From Lingula anatina (Eukaryota > Animalia > Brachiopoda), in NCBI GenBank assembly GCA_051362555.1, contig CM120641.1:16864001-16928000 (forward strand): DNA of 64,000 bases, in the 5' to 3' direction. The notes under the pieces were generated by a model. It did not search any database and was not told the origin of the DNA. It saw nothing but the letters and a program-made list of their open reading frames with translations. Within the stretch, counting starts at the first letter, position 1. Every line of letters begins with the position of its first letter. Below are positions 27,216-40,381 of the stretch, piece by piece. A program made the translations under genes and the position numbers.

Positions 27216-27657
27216 ATGAAAGTACATCGATACAAACGACCTGGGCCTTTTACATCGACTGAAGTTGGTTATTCTATTACAACGCCATGTAAAATGCTAC
27301 GCATGATTTTTCATTTTCTTTTTAGAATTTTTAAAATGCAAGATCTTATGCTTACGTATACAGAACTGACGCAAGCCAGACTTTCAGCGTTAAGTTGCCT
27401 CATTACTTGACAAAAATAACTCTTGCTCAAAACTATTAAAAAATAAACTACGCAATTGAAAAACAGAAAAAGTATGCCTATTTTCATATATTAATAATCA
27501 AGGGAGATGCTTTTATGATTTAAGTATGAGCACCACGTCAAATATCAACCTAAGGTTGATTGTACTCGTTGGATACACATTTCTCGTTACGTTAAAATCA
27601 CATTACCATCTGCCATTTTTACACTTAAAAAGGTAGTCTTGCTCTCTAAATGCTCTG

Positions 27658-28344
27658 GGGCCGGTTTCACAAAGCAGTAGTTAGTTAGAACAACTAACTA
27701 CTGAACTACCTCGCTAACGAGCAAACTTAGCGATTTTCGAGGGGTGTTTCACGAAGCAGTAGTTAACTCATCGCTAAGTTCAGTCGTAAAGTTCGGTCGT
27801 TAGTTCTCTTGTTACTCACCGTAGTCTCGAAACAGTCTACCGGAAGTGGAACTCTTGTGTAAAAGTGTCGCGAAAGCACTAACTCTCCAATTTCCGGCGG
27901 CTGGAAATGCATAAGAACGTCTGCTTTGAGGTCGTCGTAAAGGATCTCCACCACCCTTTTGCCGCTCTTTTTGTCACAGCTAGGCGCAACCTCTCGTAAA
28001 TTGCATCATCGCGTGTATATTCTAATAGATTCTGCCTTTCATGAAAACGTCGTAGTCTACGTTGCCGTCTGGCGGTACGGATAGCAAAAAAGGTCGTCGC
28101 CATATTGGATACAAAGACAAACGACAGACAACGGTAACTAAGCAACCTTTCTATTTCATTCATTACGCATGCGTACGATGAAACTCTAGAGTTAGCGACT
28201 GGTCTGACCAGTCGCTAAATATCCATGGTAACAACGACACAATAAAGAGCGAGAGAACTAGCGACTGCTTCGTGAAACGGCATTATAACTAGCGAGAGGC
28301 TAACTACCGATCGCTAACTAACTACTGCTTTGTGAAACCGGCCC
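27658..28344 (-). mobile_element. Non-autonomous PIF/Harbinger element retaining a transposase 5' fragment
   Basis: ~29-bp perfect TIR GGGCCGGTTTCACAAAGCAGTAGTTAGTTAG with a 3-bp CTG TSD and subterminal TTCACGAAGCAGT repeats. Minus-strand peptide RRQRRLRRFHERQNLLEYTRDDAIYERLRL resembles Harbinger transposase N-termini. Confidence 0.88.
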
Positions 28345-28544
28345 CTGGAATTTGGCCATACAACACCCTAACCATAGAAAAACAACACAGAGACCGTTTA
28401 TATTTAAAATTCATTTCCCATTTCAGAGTATCCAAATTTTTTACAAAAAGTGAGCTACAAAATGTACAATCGTTTAATTTTCCAACTCATCTAATCATAA
28501 CTTGTAACATCCATTTTGAGTTGAGTGTATTCAACCTAAATAAT

Positions 28545-31500
28545 TCATCTATGCAGATATTTAAGCGTATGTTGTAGTTTGGTGATATTGTCATCCAGAT
28601 TGGACAAGCCCATCCTAAATGCCTCGTCATCAGCAGATGTCCAGGTGGCAGCACTTGACGTGACAGACTGCAGGTCTGAGATGGTGCTCAGGGACGTGTC
28701 CAGTGCTGTGCCTTTATATACAGACTGCTGCTGAGGCACATTACACTGTGCCTGTGATCCAGACAGTCCTGGGGTCACAGAGTTCATCTCTAATTTCACT
28801 GTCTGCCCTCCCATTGGCCTATCTCCAAGTACTAACTGTAAATTATGGTTTGGGTATTTATTGAAATAATCAGTCACGCTGTATCTGGATCTCTCCTTCT
28901 CATGCCTGGCTAAGATTTCACTGGTAATCACGGGAGGAGAGACTTGTCGGTATGGCGATCCTTCTTCATTCTCGATAATTTCTTGACTGTGTCTTGTGCT
29001 TTTTACACCACTATCTGCTGATAAGTTCATGGCTTCCTCCTCTGATATTAATGTCTGGTCATGATCATTTGTGATTAAGTTTTCATCTTTGTCTGGGATT
29101 TTCTGCCCTAAAACAGATTCCCCCTTGTTACTCAATTTCTGTGCCCAATTAAAGTCATTGTTTTGATGTAAACTATCATCACTAGCATTCCGACTTCTCT
29201 GTGGTGTTCTTCTCTCTGTTTGCCTAGAGGTAAAGTCTCTCTCTGGTCTATTATGCAATGGAGCATGCCTGTAACTAAAGTACACAGGTGTTATTGATGT
29301 GGAAGAGATATCTCAGATATTTCACAAAACAATTATCTTCATTTACTGAAATGGTCCCAATTTATTTTGAACAAACAGAAAAGTGTAATATCCTCCTAAA
29401 AAGAATACTACAGAAAATACATTCCGCAGATTAGCAAGAATAACCATGTGGGTCATGTGCCAAAATCAATTTCCTTCACTTTGTAATTATTTCAGCTTAG
29501 GACAACTTATTGTCACTGCCCTGAGTGAACTTACTTAAAACCTGAAGTCTGCAAATCCTGCAATAGTGTCCCCATGCTCTGCTGCAATCCTCTGCAAAGA
29601 AAAAATTGCAAAATTAACTTTCTTTCACTAAAAATGTTAAAATGAAATAATAATAATAATAAAGGGAAATTAAATGTACAACAATGACTTAACAATATTA
29701 TAAGTCTGAGCACCCACAATACACTACACTAAGACATTGTTAAACAAAAGTGTGATTGCTTTATCAATACTGAAAGAAAAAATTTCAGTAATAATAATAA
29801 TAGGAATTTTTTTTTTGTTGGGGGGGAGAGGGGGGGGGGGAAGGTTCTCCTAATTTAAAACAAATGACTAGGCCTACCTCACTAAATCCTGTAGTTTATC
29901 AATCTCTTGGTCTCTTTCCTGCAATGTAATCCCCAGAATGTGATTCTCACTCTCCTTGGCTGCCACTTCTCCCAGCAGTGTCTTGTGTTCAGCTTTCAGT
30001 TGGGCTATTTCAGCTCTCAGTCTGTTGGAGGCTTGGAGCTCATCCTTGTGCCTATCTATCCCATCTGTGGCCTACGGCATGAATTAATAGGCATCTTATT
30101 TTATTATGTATTCAGTATCATTACTGTCTAATATCATAACAGGGGGAAGTCAACTTACAATTATGCAATGATAGACATCATGTACAATAGATCTTAGTAA
30201 AAACATGCACTAAAAATGGGAAGGGGGGGGGGGGCATCAACTGAAAAATTTGTACCTTGTCTCCCAAAACATCAATCATCTCCATCTTTTCTCTCCTGCA
30301 TTTCTCCAGCTCATCCTTTAGCTCAGACACCTCTGTCTGAAGTCTGATCACTGCAGCTTTTGATTCCTTTAACTGTTTTTCCAGTGAAAACTTTACTGCT
30401 TGTAGATGAACCACTGTAAGAAAATATAACTGCGCTATGCCACATCTAACACACTCCACTTGCTCTCTGGCCCAGATGCTCCAAGAAACAAGAGGCACAC
30501 TTAATGTATTAGGACACACTTAATGTATTATGCAAAATCCTGCCATGAACTCCAATAAAAATTTTGAGTTAGCAGATTACACTATGGTTGTTTACATGAA
30601 ATTTGATACTGTATTAATGCAGAGAGATCAATGTCATAAACTGAAATGATACATTTACACACCCTCATAGTCGACACTCTCCTTCTCTGGTACTCCATGC
30701 TTGGTCCTCTGCAGTTCTCTCAGCTGTTGATTCACAATCCTCAACTGTCTAATTAAAATAAATTAAATAAATACATAAATAAATAAATAAATAGAATAAA
30801 ATGAAAAAATAATAATCAAGGCCCTCTGATAAAGTCAAAGCATAATACATAGAAAACATGTTTAGTGTCTTTTAAAATATACTTTTTAGTACCAAAATAA
30901 ATGTTTATTTTTCAATATCTTCACACACCCGTTTGATAAAAATATATTCTGACCATTTCTGCACCTAAGAATCCAATTCAGTAATTGTATAACCTTTAGT
31001 CCTTCTAACGAAAACAAAAAGAAATAATCCTCGAATTGTCCAAATAACTAGAAGATTTGTTTAAAACTAAAAAAAAATATTATAGATTTTCTTTATCCAG
31101 TTCAGGTTTCTATCGGCACAAAACAGACTATACCTTCTCAACTGGCAGTTTTCACTCCTTAGTGGCTGCATGGCAAGATCTACACTAACTTGGGATGGAT
31201 GGGCAGAATCCACTGACAACTTCCTTACCATTTTTGCAATTTCCTCAAGTAGCCGTCTTGCTTCAGTGTCACCTGTAATTAAAAGAAGTTCATTGTAACT
31301 TATCTGGCCATTAGTAATTTCATACTGTATATATATTTACTAAAAGTTGAAAAGGATAACAATTATATATGTGATGTTATTGCAGAACCAATCCAGTTTA
31401 ATGTGCAAATATTCGGGTAAAGGTAGCAAAGACGAGAGGCAAGTGTAATAAAAACTTACCAGACATATCTGCAACTGCCTTAGACTCTTTTAACAGATAC

Positions 31501-33497
31501 TTTAATGTCTTCCAATCCTTACTTTCTTGAGGGCTTCTAGCATGCAGACCGCTAACATGTGCAACTGACCCATGGTCATTTTCTTTGTTTTCCCCAGTGA
31601 TACTAGCCCCTTGAGCTGGTATTGAGACATCATGTGTACTCCCAAGTTGGGGTATCTGAGGCAAAACACTGCCTCTGGCATGATTATGTAAATTGTCTGT
31701 TAGCCTTTCTGGTATCTCCTGAAGCCTTTGGTGTAAGTAGTTTGGTCTGCTCTCCATGCCATCTCTAGAATCTCTGTACTGCACATTTTCTCTGTCTCTT
31801 TGTGGTATCCTCTCCATGTATCTATTACCATCTTCATGTATCATTCTCTCCGTGTAACTTCCATTGGTTACATGTGGTGGTTTTTCCATGATCTTTTCAC
31901 TCTTACTCCTAGGTCCATACTGCTCACTTGGGTTGCCTGTCTGGACTTGCTGCTGCTGTTGTAGTAGACCATTTTCATGTGTAATGTACTGTTCTCCTGA
32001 TGGCACATGTACCTGTATTCTGGGTTGTCTCTGTGGTTCTTCGTCAAAATCTATAGGGTCAGGTGTGGAAGACACCAGTCTTTGGTTGAAAGGAGGTTTA
32101 CCAACGGCTGCTGATTTGGTGTCCAGTCCTGGAGTAAAAAAAAAAAAAAAAAAAAAAAAAGAAAGAAAATAATAACATCATAATACAAAACAAACTGTCA
32201 TGAACTTTCCTTTCACATAAAAATGTACTTGTCTATGAGGAATAGGTTTTCAGGGGGAGAGAAGTTATAAAACTAATTTTTAAAAAATGAAATTGAAGGA
32301 GTCAACATTAAAACACAGACAATTGAGGCTTGTGAATCACCAGCTAGGAAAACAATGGAGGGTTACAAAAGCCAGTAAAATTTGTGCCTTTCTTAAGTTT
32401 ATTTATGTCAACATATCGTATGCCTTAAAAAATAATAGAAAGGAAATGATACTAGATTAAAAACTTTCTCTATAATTATCAACTTCCACTTTGGTCATTT
32501 TTCTACAAATGACTTTCTTTAGTATCAATGCTTTCTCTGACGGTTACTGACTTTTTTCTCACATACCATTGACAGTTTTCGCACTTTGTCCTGGATTAAC
32601 ATTTGTTTGCTTCGCAAATGTTTGACGTCCTTTTTCAGGTTTTGTTTGTGACATGGCTACCTTTTTGCCTACATGAGATTGTTTAATCCTGTTTCTTTCA
32701 GAAGGGCCTGTAAAGAGAATAAAGTATACATCATCCTATAACATTGTTCAATACTGTCATTGCAAATTAAGAATATGTACCATATTTGTGTCTTTTACAA
32801 TTTAAACCAAAAGGGACATCTTCATGACTGTTTTTTTTATATATATAAGAAAACAACATACTTTTATGTATTTCACTCAATATAATGATTAGAATATGAG
32901 CACAACACAGTTGTAGTCTACCCAACTGGAAGTATTTTGATCCCAAAAGCAATGTTTTTAAACTGCTGATTAAGGCATATGACAGTTTTGGGTGTCAAGA
33001 TTCCAATAAACAATCTCATTCTCACCTGAATCTTTCTCCAGCATAACTGATAGTAGTTTTGCACACCTTTGAAGATCTTTATTAGCTAGAGTGACTTGGT
33101 CCTCTGACTCTGTGGAGTAGAGTGAATAAGCATCTTCATTCCCCATGTTTTTCTTTTCTGGCTGAACCTTCCTAAAAAGTTTCAAGTATTAGTTCAGGTA
33201 TACATTTGGGATATTTTGGAGCTGGGAACTCAATACTATAATAGAGTACTTGTGAGTTCAATCCAGGATAATCTTGAACTGCCTTCTTTCTGCTAAAAGT
33301 CAATACACAGTTATCTCAATAAGATATTAGCAGGTCTTTTAAACTGGGCTTTAAAAAGAGACACATATTTAAATACATTAATCTAATCCATGACATTGTC
33401 TTAAAGACTTAATTTCTGGTTTGCAAACTTACCTCCTTTTCTCCACAGAACTTATAGAAGTTGTAGGTTTTGTCTTTTTACTTGTTTTGGAGTGGCT
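28545..33497 (-). CDS. CCDC14: Coiled-coil domain-containing protein 14-like (centriolar satellite), about 10 exons; start codon not located
   Basis: N-terminal DAYSLYSTESEDQVTLANKDLQRCAKLL, central TLKYLLKE and coiled-coil exons, and C-terminal WTSADDEAFRMGLSNLDDNITKLQHTL. These match recalled CCDC14 motifs. Confidence 0.82.
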
Positions 33498-34269
33498 CTA
33501 AAACAAATATTATTCAACAAATCATATGGCAGAATACTTATATTGGACCTTGCTTTTGACACGTCTTGTTTCTCAAAACTAGTTATAGAACTTTTTATAG
33601 TAGTTGATAGTATTGCAGAACTGTTGTTATGCTTAATTGCACTGAGTGATGATTGCCTATGTTTCTATATTTCTCTGACAAAAAACCTGTGAAGCAAACA
33701 TGCACCTATTACTGAGACTATCACAGCTGCAATGACCTGTTCTGACCATGGACCCCATAAAAATATCCAATTTCAAAGAAAGTTTACTTCTTAAATCAAT
33801 TTTTTTAAGTCAGCTTGGGTTAAATGCTAATATCTATAAAGAATGCACTCAGACAGGAAGTTTTAAATACCTGTTTTCCACAAGTCACTTTTTTGGTCGG
33901 TCTGGCAAACATAGTGGTGAAGATATCATACGAGATTTAATCCTGAAATTCAATTCAATGGGTAATAAAATGTCAAAAATCGAACATATTATATTTCAAC
34001 CCCAAGTTATAACTACTATAACTGTTAAATCTGTTCAGAGAATAAGTGTCTTGAGAAATATTCAGTCTTCGACTTACAAAGTTCTAGAGTACATGTAGCT
34101 AGGTGAAACTATGAGAGGCCGGGTGAAAGCTAGTAATTCAGTGGCAATGGTTTGAGGATAGTTATTAAAACATTACACACATTACTCGTGACAAATTTTA
34201 AAACACTTAATCCGTATTGATATTTTTAAAAACTACCAACTCAAAAAATTAGACTTAATCAGAGTTGAA

Positions 34270-34606
34270 TACCTACCTGTAAGGCTAAAAACTTGACACA
34301 TCTTTAGTTAGTTTCCAAATCTAACGCAAGCCTCGTTGTGACAGTACAGGCTCGCTTGCGCGCTGTAAATTTGGTCAGTATGTGTTATTAGACGTGTAGT
34401 TTTATGAGAACAAAAATACAAATGATGCCTTTTTCCTCACTCAGACAGAAACAGATCAGTTAATTACAGTATTTCCTTGTGCTTTTCCCTTAAATACGAA
34501 TTTCTTAAAATTAAAATGGCATTTTATGACAGAAGACTTAACTCATTCTACACACGCATTGTTTTACTTCCGGAATAACAAAGAGAGGAGCACATCACCC
34601 TACAAC
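34270..34606. promoter_or_regulatory. Probable bidirectional promoter, CCDC14-like / NT5C3
   Basis: Head-to-head genes; ETS-type ACTTCCGGAA at 34566-34575; CpG-richer patch at 34325-34365; a minus-strand donor CAG|GTAGGT near 34276 may end a 5'UTR exon. Confidence 0.6.
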
Positions 34607-36373
34607 ATGGATGAGCAGCTCAAAATTCTGCAGTCGGTAACTGTCACTGCTTAGCATTGCATTCTTTTTTATCTTCTGCGCTTCTGCTTGTTTAAGTCTT
34701 TTTATGAGCTATAGATGCCAAGATTTCTGTTTACACTTTTCAGCTGATACAGAAACTTAATTCTTAGTACGATCAGCTGATTGCTTCCGTTTTCGGCCTT
34801 ACATGCTAGCTACACTCGGCTGTCAAGTTGATTCAAATGATTAATCCACTAAGATGACAGTCGAGCGTGACGGTAGCGGTAGGTATATACATGTACTGCC
34901 ATTAAGTACCTACCTAGTACATGTAGTAGCATGTAAGGCAAAAAGCTGAGGCAAAACAGCTGATCTTATTCTTCTAACTGGCCTGGGGTACCCAATCTTT
35001 TTATGTTTCTTCTGTACAGATGTAATTCCTCACATATGCAATGTCAGTTGCAAATGACCTGTTGCGTAATTGTGGCAAATTTGTGTGGTATAAGGTATAT
35101 ACTGGTAGCATGATTAGGTAACCAAACAATTACTTTAAAGGCGTATTCAGATTTAAACATCTTACTACTTGGGTTGGCCCAACTCTGCGGGGATTCTCCC
35201 TAAAGTGCAACCAAGGGGATCGGCTTAATCAGCACATGATAGTTGAATACCCCATAGCTGCTTGAGAATTCTTGTTTGACAGTGAAGCTGAATCCACTGA
35301 TTGCATTTTAGCAAATTTCCCTTGCAGAGTTGGACCAACCTAGCTAGTGTGATGTGTGAATCTGAATGCAGTCTAAGGATGCATTCCCATAGATTTTAGA
35401 TTGATCTATCCCCATGGAGAGTCTCACTAGATTACTGTCAGATAACCCGGCTTCGATGTCCGTCCCGCCTACTACAAGCTATAAGGGGGTAATTAACTTT
35501 TGTGCCAGCTCGGCTGACAGCTATTTAGCGTGAACCCCCGGGGAGTTAGGTCAATCTAGTTGGATCGATCTAATCTCTGGGAATGGGGTCTAAGATACAT
35601 GCTCTAAGATACATACATTCCTTCTTCAGAACACTGTTTATTTGACTTGCTTCTTCAGATTGGTGTGTTGCAAAAACCAAATATTAGAATAAGAGATCCA
35701 GCAAGAACTGAAAAAGTTTTACAAAAGCTGATTCAAGATGGAAAACAGAAATTACAGGTATTGTACTTTTTTACAATTTTTTCTCTTTGTTCCTCTGCCT
35801 CAATTCATTGGAATGTAAGCCATAAAATGAAAATTTAGAATACAGTGGTTTTGTCAATTGGTGCTAGTCTGTGAACTTGGTCTTATTAAAGTTTGCCTAA
35901 AACAAATACAGTAAGTAATGTCTTTAATGTTAGAAAGCAGGGGCGGATCCAGAGATATTTTCTGACAGTCTTCCAAATTATCTTTGTTGATCCATCTTCC
36001 ATTTTTGACTGTCTTCCGACAGAACACATTAGATGGCTGACAATGTAAACTTGAAAATCTGACCGTCTTCCAGAAGACCCAGAAGATGGCCTAAATCTGC
36101 CCCTGGAAAGTACATTGAATTATCACCATAATGTTGTCTATACATGGCAAATTATTCATTTAAATCTTCTTTAAATTTTTATTTATTTATTTATTTTTTC
36201 AATCAGGTAGTTGCAGATTTTGATTTTACCTTAACAAAATTTTCTCACCAAGGAGAAATGTGTCCCTGTACATTTGGTGAGTTTAAGTGGCATGTTAGCC
36301 ATATTTTGAATTATAAATTTGTATAAAATCAGATTACAGGGGGTATAACAGACTCATCCTTGTGTAAAATAAT

Positions 36374-36414
<41 letters not shown>

Positions 36415-38031
36415 TAACAAGAGGACGACATATTCAAGCACTTAAGAATTTCTTAAATAGAGAAGGTGGAATGTATTGCATCCTTTTTCATTGTGCTTCT
36501 TGCATGCATTGTCTAATGGTACTTTTTGCTATGTCTTAATAACACCCCGTTTACTACAATTAATTTATCTTAAAATATTATCTTCTGAATCTTTTATGTT
36601 AGTGAAGTGCAGGATACCCAGTTATTTGACTGAATAAATGTATATATATATTTTTTTTACCTTTTATCAATTCAGCTACTCTGGAGCAAAGTGGATTATT
36701 ACCAGATTTTTATAATGAAGAGGTGAGTTAGCATGTATTTGAAAATGTTTGATTTTACCAAGCTAAATATTACATTTACTTCTCAACTGTTTTCAAATAA
36801 ACTAACTTTGCACTAATAGATTAGACCTAAATTTTTATTGTTTGCAAGATTGAATGCACATGTATGGGCCCAAAACTTGTAAGTGATTAGAAAGATATTC
36901 AGAATTTTCCAAGGGAGACTAAGGAAGAAATTTTGTGATAGAAAAGTACAGACTTTGAGGGATAAGAAAAAACACTTGAATAATAAATATAGGTTATAAA
37001 TGCATTCATTAATTTGGTTTTATTTGTATTCAGATATTTTCCATTCTAGGCCTTTCAACTTTACAAATATTATTATCCTATTGAAACCAGTCATGAGATG
37101 ACAACAGAAGAAAAAATTCCTCATATGCAACAATGGCAAGTTTTTACAGCTTTTAATACCTTAAATGATAAGCTTGCCTCTCTGGCATCTAGATTATTTT
37201 TACATGTAAGTATTGTTATTTTTTATATAAGAACACAGGTTGTACATGTAATTGTGCAATGACATTTTGAAGGATGGAGCATGAAATACTGTGAAAACTA
37301 AAATAATATATGTACAATTTAAGTATGAAGTCAAATAATTCATGTAACAATAAATGTAATGATAAAAGTATCTATATGTCTTAGGTGGACAAAAGCTCAG
37401 GCACTGCTGGTTCGGTGTAACTTCAAGAAGGATTTAATTCCAAAGATGATTAAGAGATCTAAATTAAGGCTAAGGTGAGTCCAGGCTCTTCTGATATTGC
37501 AAGTCCTTTTTTTTTTATAAATAAAATTCATGTCATGCTTAACTTCTTATTGATCTGTCAAGTAATCGCAAAGTCTGTAGAAATGGTGTACTGGTAAAAA
37601 AAACCTTGGCAGTCCAATTTGGCCATGTGTGAAAAAGTGCCTAGAGATGTCATTCTTTTGTTTACTCTTTGGGCAGTGCATTCTTAATGCATTTTTTTTA
37701 TGGGAGATTACATTTCAAATGAAAAAACAATGACGTCAACCTCGAAGACCACCATTTTTAACACCATTATCACAATGCAATCAAGCAGTAAATGATGTAC
37801 AAACTTGAAAGTATGTCTTCTGGTTGGTGACTATCATCACTATCATATACATGTTTATTTACAGAATAATATTATAGAAATTTCTGGAATAACAAAACCA
37901 GCAGTATTTGAGATGTCAAAATTTTCTGAAGTGGGTGGCTATTTGCTGTTTATGTTTTGGGTATCTTTTAACAATCCATCCTGCAGTATAAATGATATTC
38001 ATTGTTTCTTCATCTCTCTACACTGCCCCCC

Positions 38032-38077
<46 letters not shown>

Positions 38078-39659
38078 ATAATGATGACGATAATGATGCA
38101 CCTGTGTCTGCGTCAATTGAACCAGAATATGTCAGCCTTTCTATAAATACATTTACTGGAAGATGTACAGAGGTCTTCTGCATTTACAAAAGTGCATGCT
38201 GCCACTTTTTTGTGAGAGCCAGTGGTAAAGGTGGTTGTAAGAAGTTTCTCTGCATGCAGCTTTTGCTTTATCTTGGAAATTTTAATTAAAAAAAACTTGC
38301 AAAAGGGCTTATTTTAATGGCTTACTATATATATTTTTCAGGGATGGATGTAGCACACTGTTCAAAATATTGCACAAGAATGATATCCCACTGCTTATAT
38401 TCTCAGCTGGAATTGGAGATGTGATTTTGGAATTGATAAGAGAGAAAGATGTTTTGTATGATAATATGAAGGTTGTCTCAAACTTCATAAACTTTAATGA
38501 ACAGGTAAGTGAAGAGATACACAATGTTTCTCACATGCATTAGGTGATTTTTTTATGCTTTCAAGCTTGTTTGAAAATTAATGTGGAAAATGAACTCATC
38601 AGATTGAAAATGTTTTTAGGATCTCTGCCAAGGTTTTAAAGGGAACATGATTCACGTTTTCAACAAGAATGAAAATGCAATCCACGGTTCAGATTACTTT
38701 GAGAACCTGAGCCACAGGTCTAACATAGTTCTGATGGGTGATTCTCTTGGTGATCTTCACATGGCTGATGGTGCCTCGGATACCTCCAGTGGTCAGGAAC
38801 CATGCAAACTCACAATTGGCTTTCTTAATACTAATGTAAGTTAACTGAGAGGGCTAATTATCGTGGTACTGGTGTGCCCATAATGTAGTATACTTAAGTG
38901 ATATAGGCTTTACTACCTGGAGAGACTGCACTTTGAGAGACTGACAATTTTACAGCTTGGCTCTTATGTAAAAGGGTCACCTTAACACAGCCCGTTTATC
39001 AACTTCCACCCAAAAAGCAGGACACAAACTCGTGAAACCAAATCAAAACCCCCGCTTTGTCTAGGTGTCAAAGTACAGCCTCTATCACTAAATTATACTG
39101 CTTGATGTAAAAAGGGCCTTAGTGATAAGTTATCTCACTATGGTCAGAAAAAAATGTTACGCTTATATAAAATTAATAATAGCATCCTCTTCACCAGTGT
39201 ATTTCTTTCACATATTTGTTATCAAAGTACTGATATTTTGTGCTTCAAGTTTGATGATTGAAAACTTTGTGGTTCTAAATTAAGTCATTTTTTGCTAGGT
39301 AGTAGATTTCTTATAAGATTTTTTTTCAAAATTAACTGTGAACTAAGGGACATTACCATGCTTGTATAGTTGTTCATTTTAATACATTTTACTTGTTTTT
39401 TATTATTGATTATTTTTCATATCCAGTGATTAAATCAATTTTGAATTTGTGTTTATTGTTACATATTTTCTTCACAAAATAGAAGTATGCACAGTGTTCT
39501 TATTTATCAGTAGAAAAGTTTTTGATGTCTTATTGGTAATAACCTTTTTTTTTCTAGGTGGAAGAACGTATTGACCAGTACCAAGCACAGTATGATATTG
39601 TGGTCATCAGTGATGAGACAATGGATGTTTGTAATGCAATCCTTCAAAAAATACTGTAA
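34607..39659 (+). CDS. NT5C3: Cytosolic 5'-nucleotidase 3 (pyrimidine/m7GMP nucleotidase, HAD family), 9 exons
   Basis: HAD motif I VVADFDFTLTKF, YYPIE...EEKIPHMQQWWTKA, PLLIFSAGIGD, VVSNF, IHVFNKN, motif IV GDSLGDLHMADG, IGFLN and YDIVVISDETMDV. Exons join in frame. Confidence 0.95.
35139..35374. mobile_element. Harbinger-like MITE
   Basis: TIR AGGCGTATTCAGATT / AATCTGAATGCAGTCT, internal IR GGTTGGCCCAACTCTGC / GCAGAGTTGGACCAACC, TAA flanks. Confidence 0.8.
35377..35590. mobile_element. MITE family A copy 2
   Basis: Homologous to 759-1006; directly abuts the previous MITE across TAA. Confidence 0.88.
35938..36105 (+). mobile_element. MITE family B copy (CAGGGGCGGAT TIR, 5-bp TSD GAAAG)
   Basis: Near-identical to 41388-41555 and 63501-63668, which are in inverted orientation. 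Confidence 0.9.
36377..36412. repeat. (CA)n microsatellite
   Basis: Directly visible. Confidence 0.95.
38025..38076. repeat. Poly-C tract of about 50 nt in an NT5C3 intron
   Basis: Directly visible; it is the source of the spurious poly-Pro ORFs. Confidence 0.95.
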
Positions 39660-40381
39660 TTTATTAAAATGGGACGTGTTTTAGCATGCAAAATGTGTAG
39701 CTAAAAGCTTGTTTAAAACAAATTGAATGCAAAAAATAAAATCGGTTAATTCTTCTTGTATGTGAGAAAGGACTTGAACTGTAGCTGAGGGTTAACTTGG
39801 GTTATAAGCTTGACAATTTTTTCGAACAAATTCAGTTTTAAATGCAGCTGTACTTGTATGTTTGGAAATTGTTCTTTTTTCTGTCATAGGCATGTCTAGC
39901 TGTACTTGCCAGTTTTCATTAAAACATGACTTAATTTTAGTGTTCTATTCATATTTTTGTACATGCAGTAGGGCCTACTTGTTATTAGAGTGACTTTTGT
40001 AAGTGTTTTAATTTTAGTGTAATGTTTTTGTGCACACTTGTTATCAGAGTGACTTTTATTTTTTTCATTGGTATTTGTTTATCTCAACATTTAAGTAATG
40101 CTTTATTGACAAACATTTTTAAATATTAAAAAAAATGAAGTTTCATCCAGGTACCTGTATGCACAATCAATTTACACGGTTGTTATATATGCACCATAAC
40201 CTCACAAGTATGTAACATTTTTTAATGAAAATAAAAAACAAAAAACAGAAATATGATTGCTCCCTGTATTTATTGGAATAAACCTTAATATTATACCACT
40301 AACATACCAAGTTAATGTCAGTCACATTTGGTGTCGAGCATGTCCATTTTTGTCCATAAATCAAACCGCCATGAAAAAAGA

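Noticed and set aside
26867-27235. Minus-strand and alternative-frame ORFs in the track
   Set aside because: Shadows of the real + strand last exon 26962-27215.
30490-30530. CACACTTAATGTATTA tandem duplication
   Set aside because: Short intronic slippage duplication with no evidence of function.
38078-38160. Intronic ATGATGA (C-box-like), possible C/D snoRNA
   Set aside because: No properly placed CTGA D-box or terminal stem.
37805-38289. Poly-proline (formin/WASP-like) ORFs
   Set aside because: Derived from an intronic poly-C tract in NT5C3.
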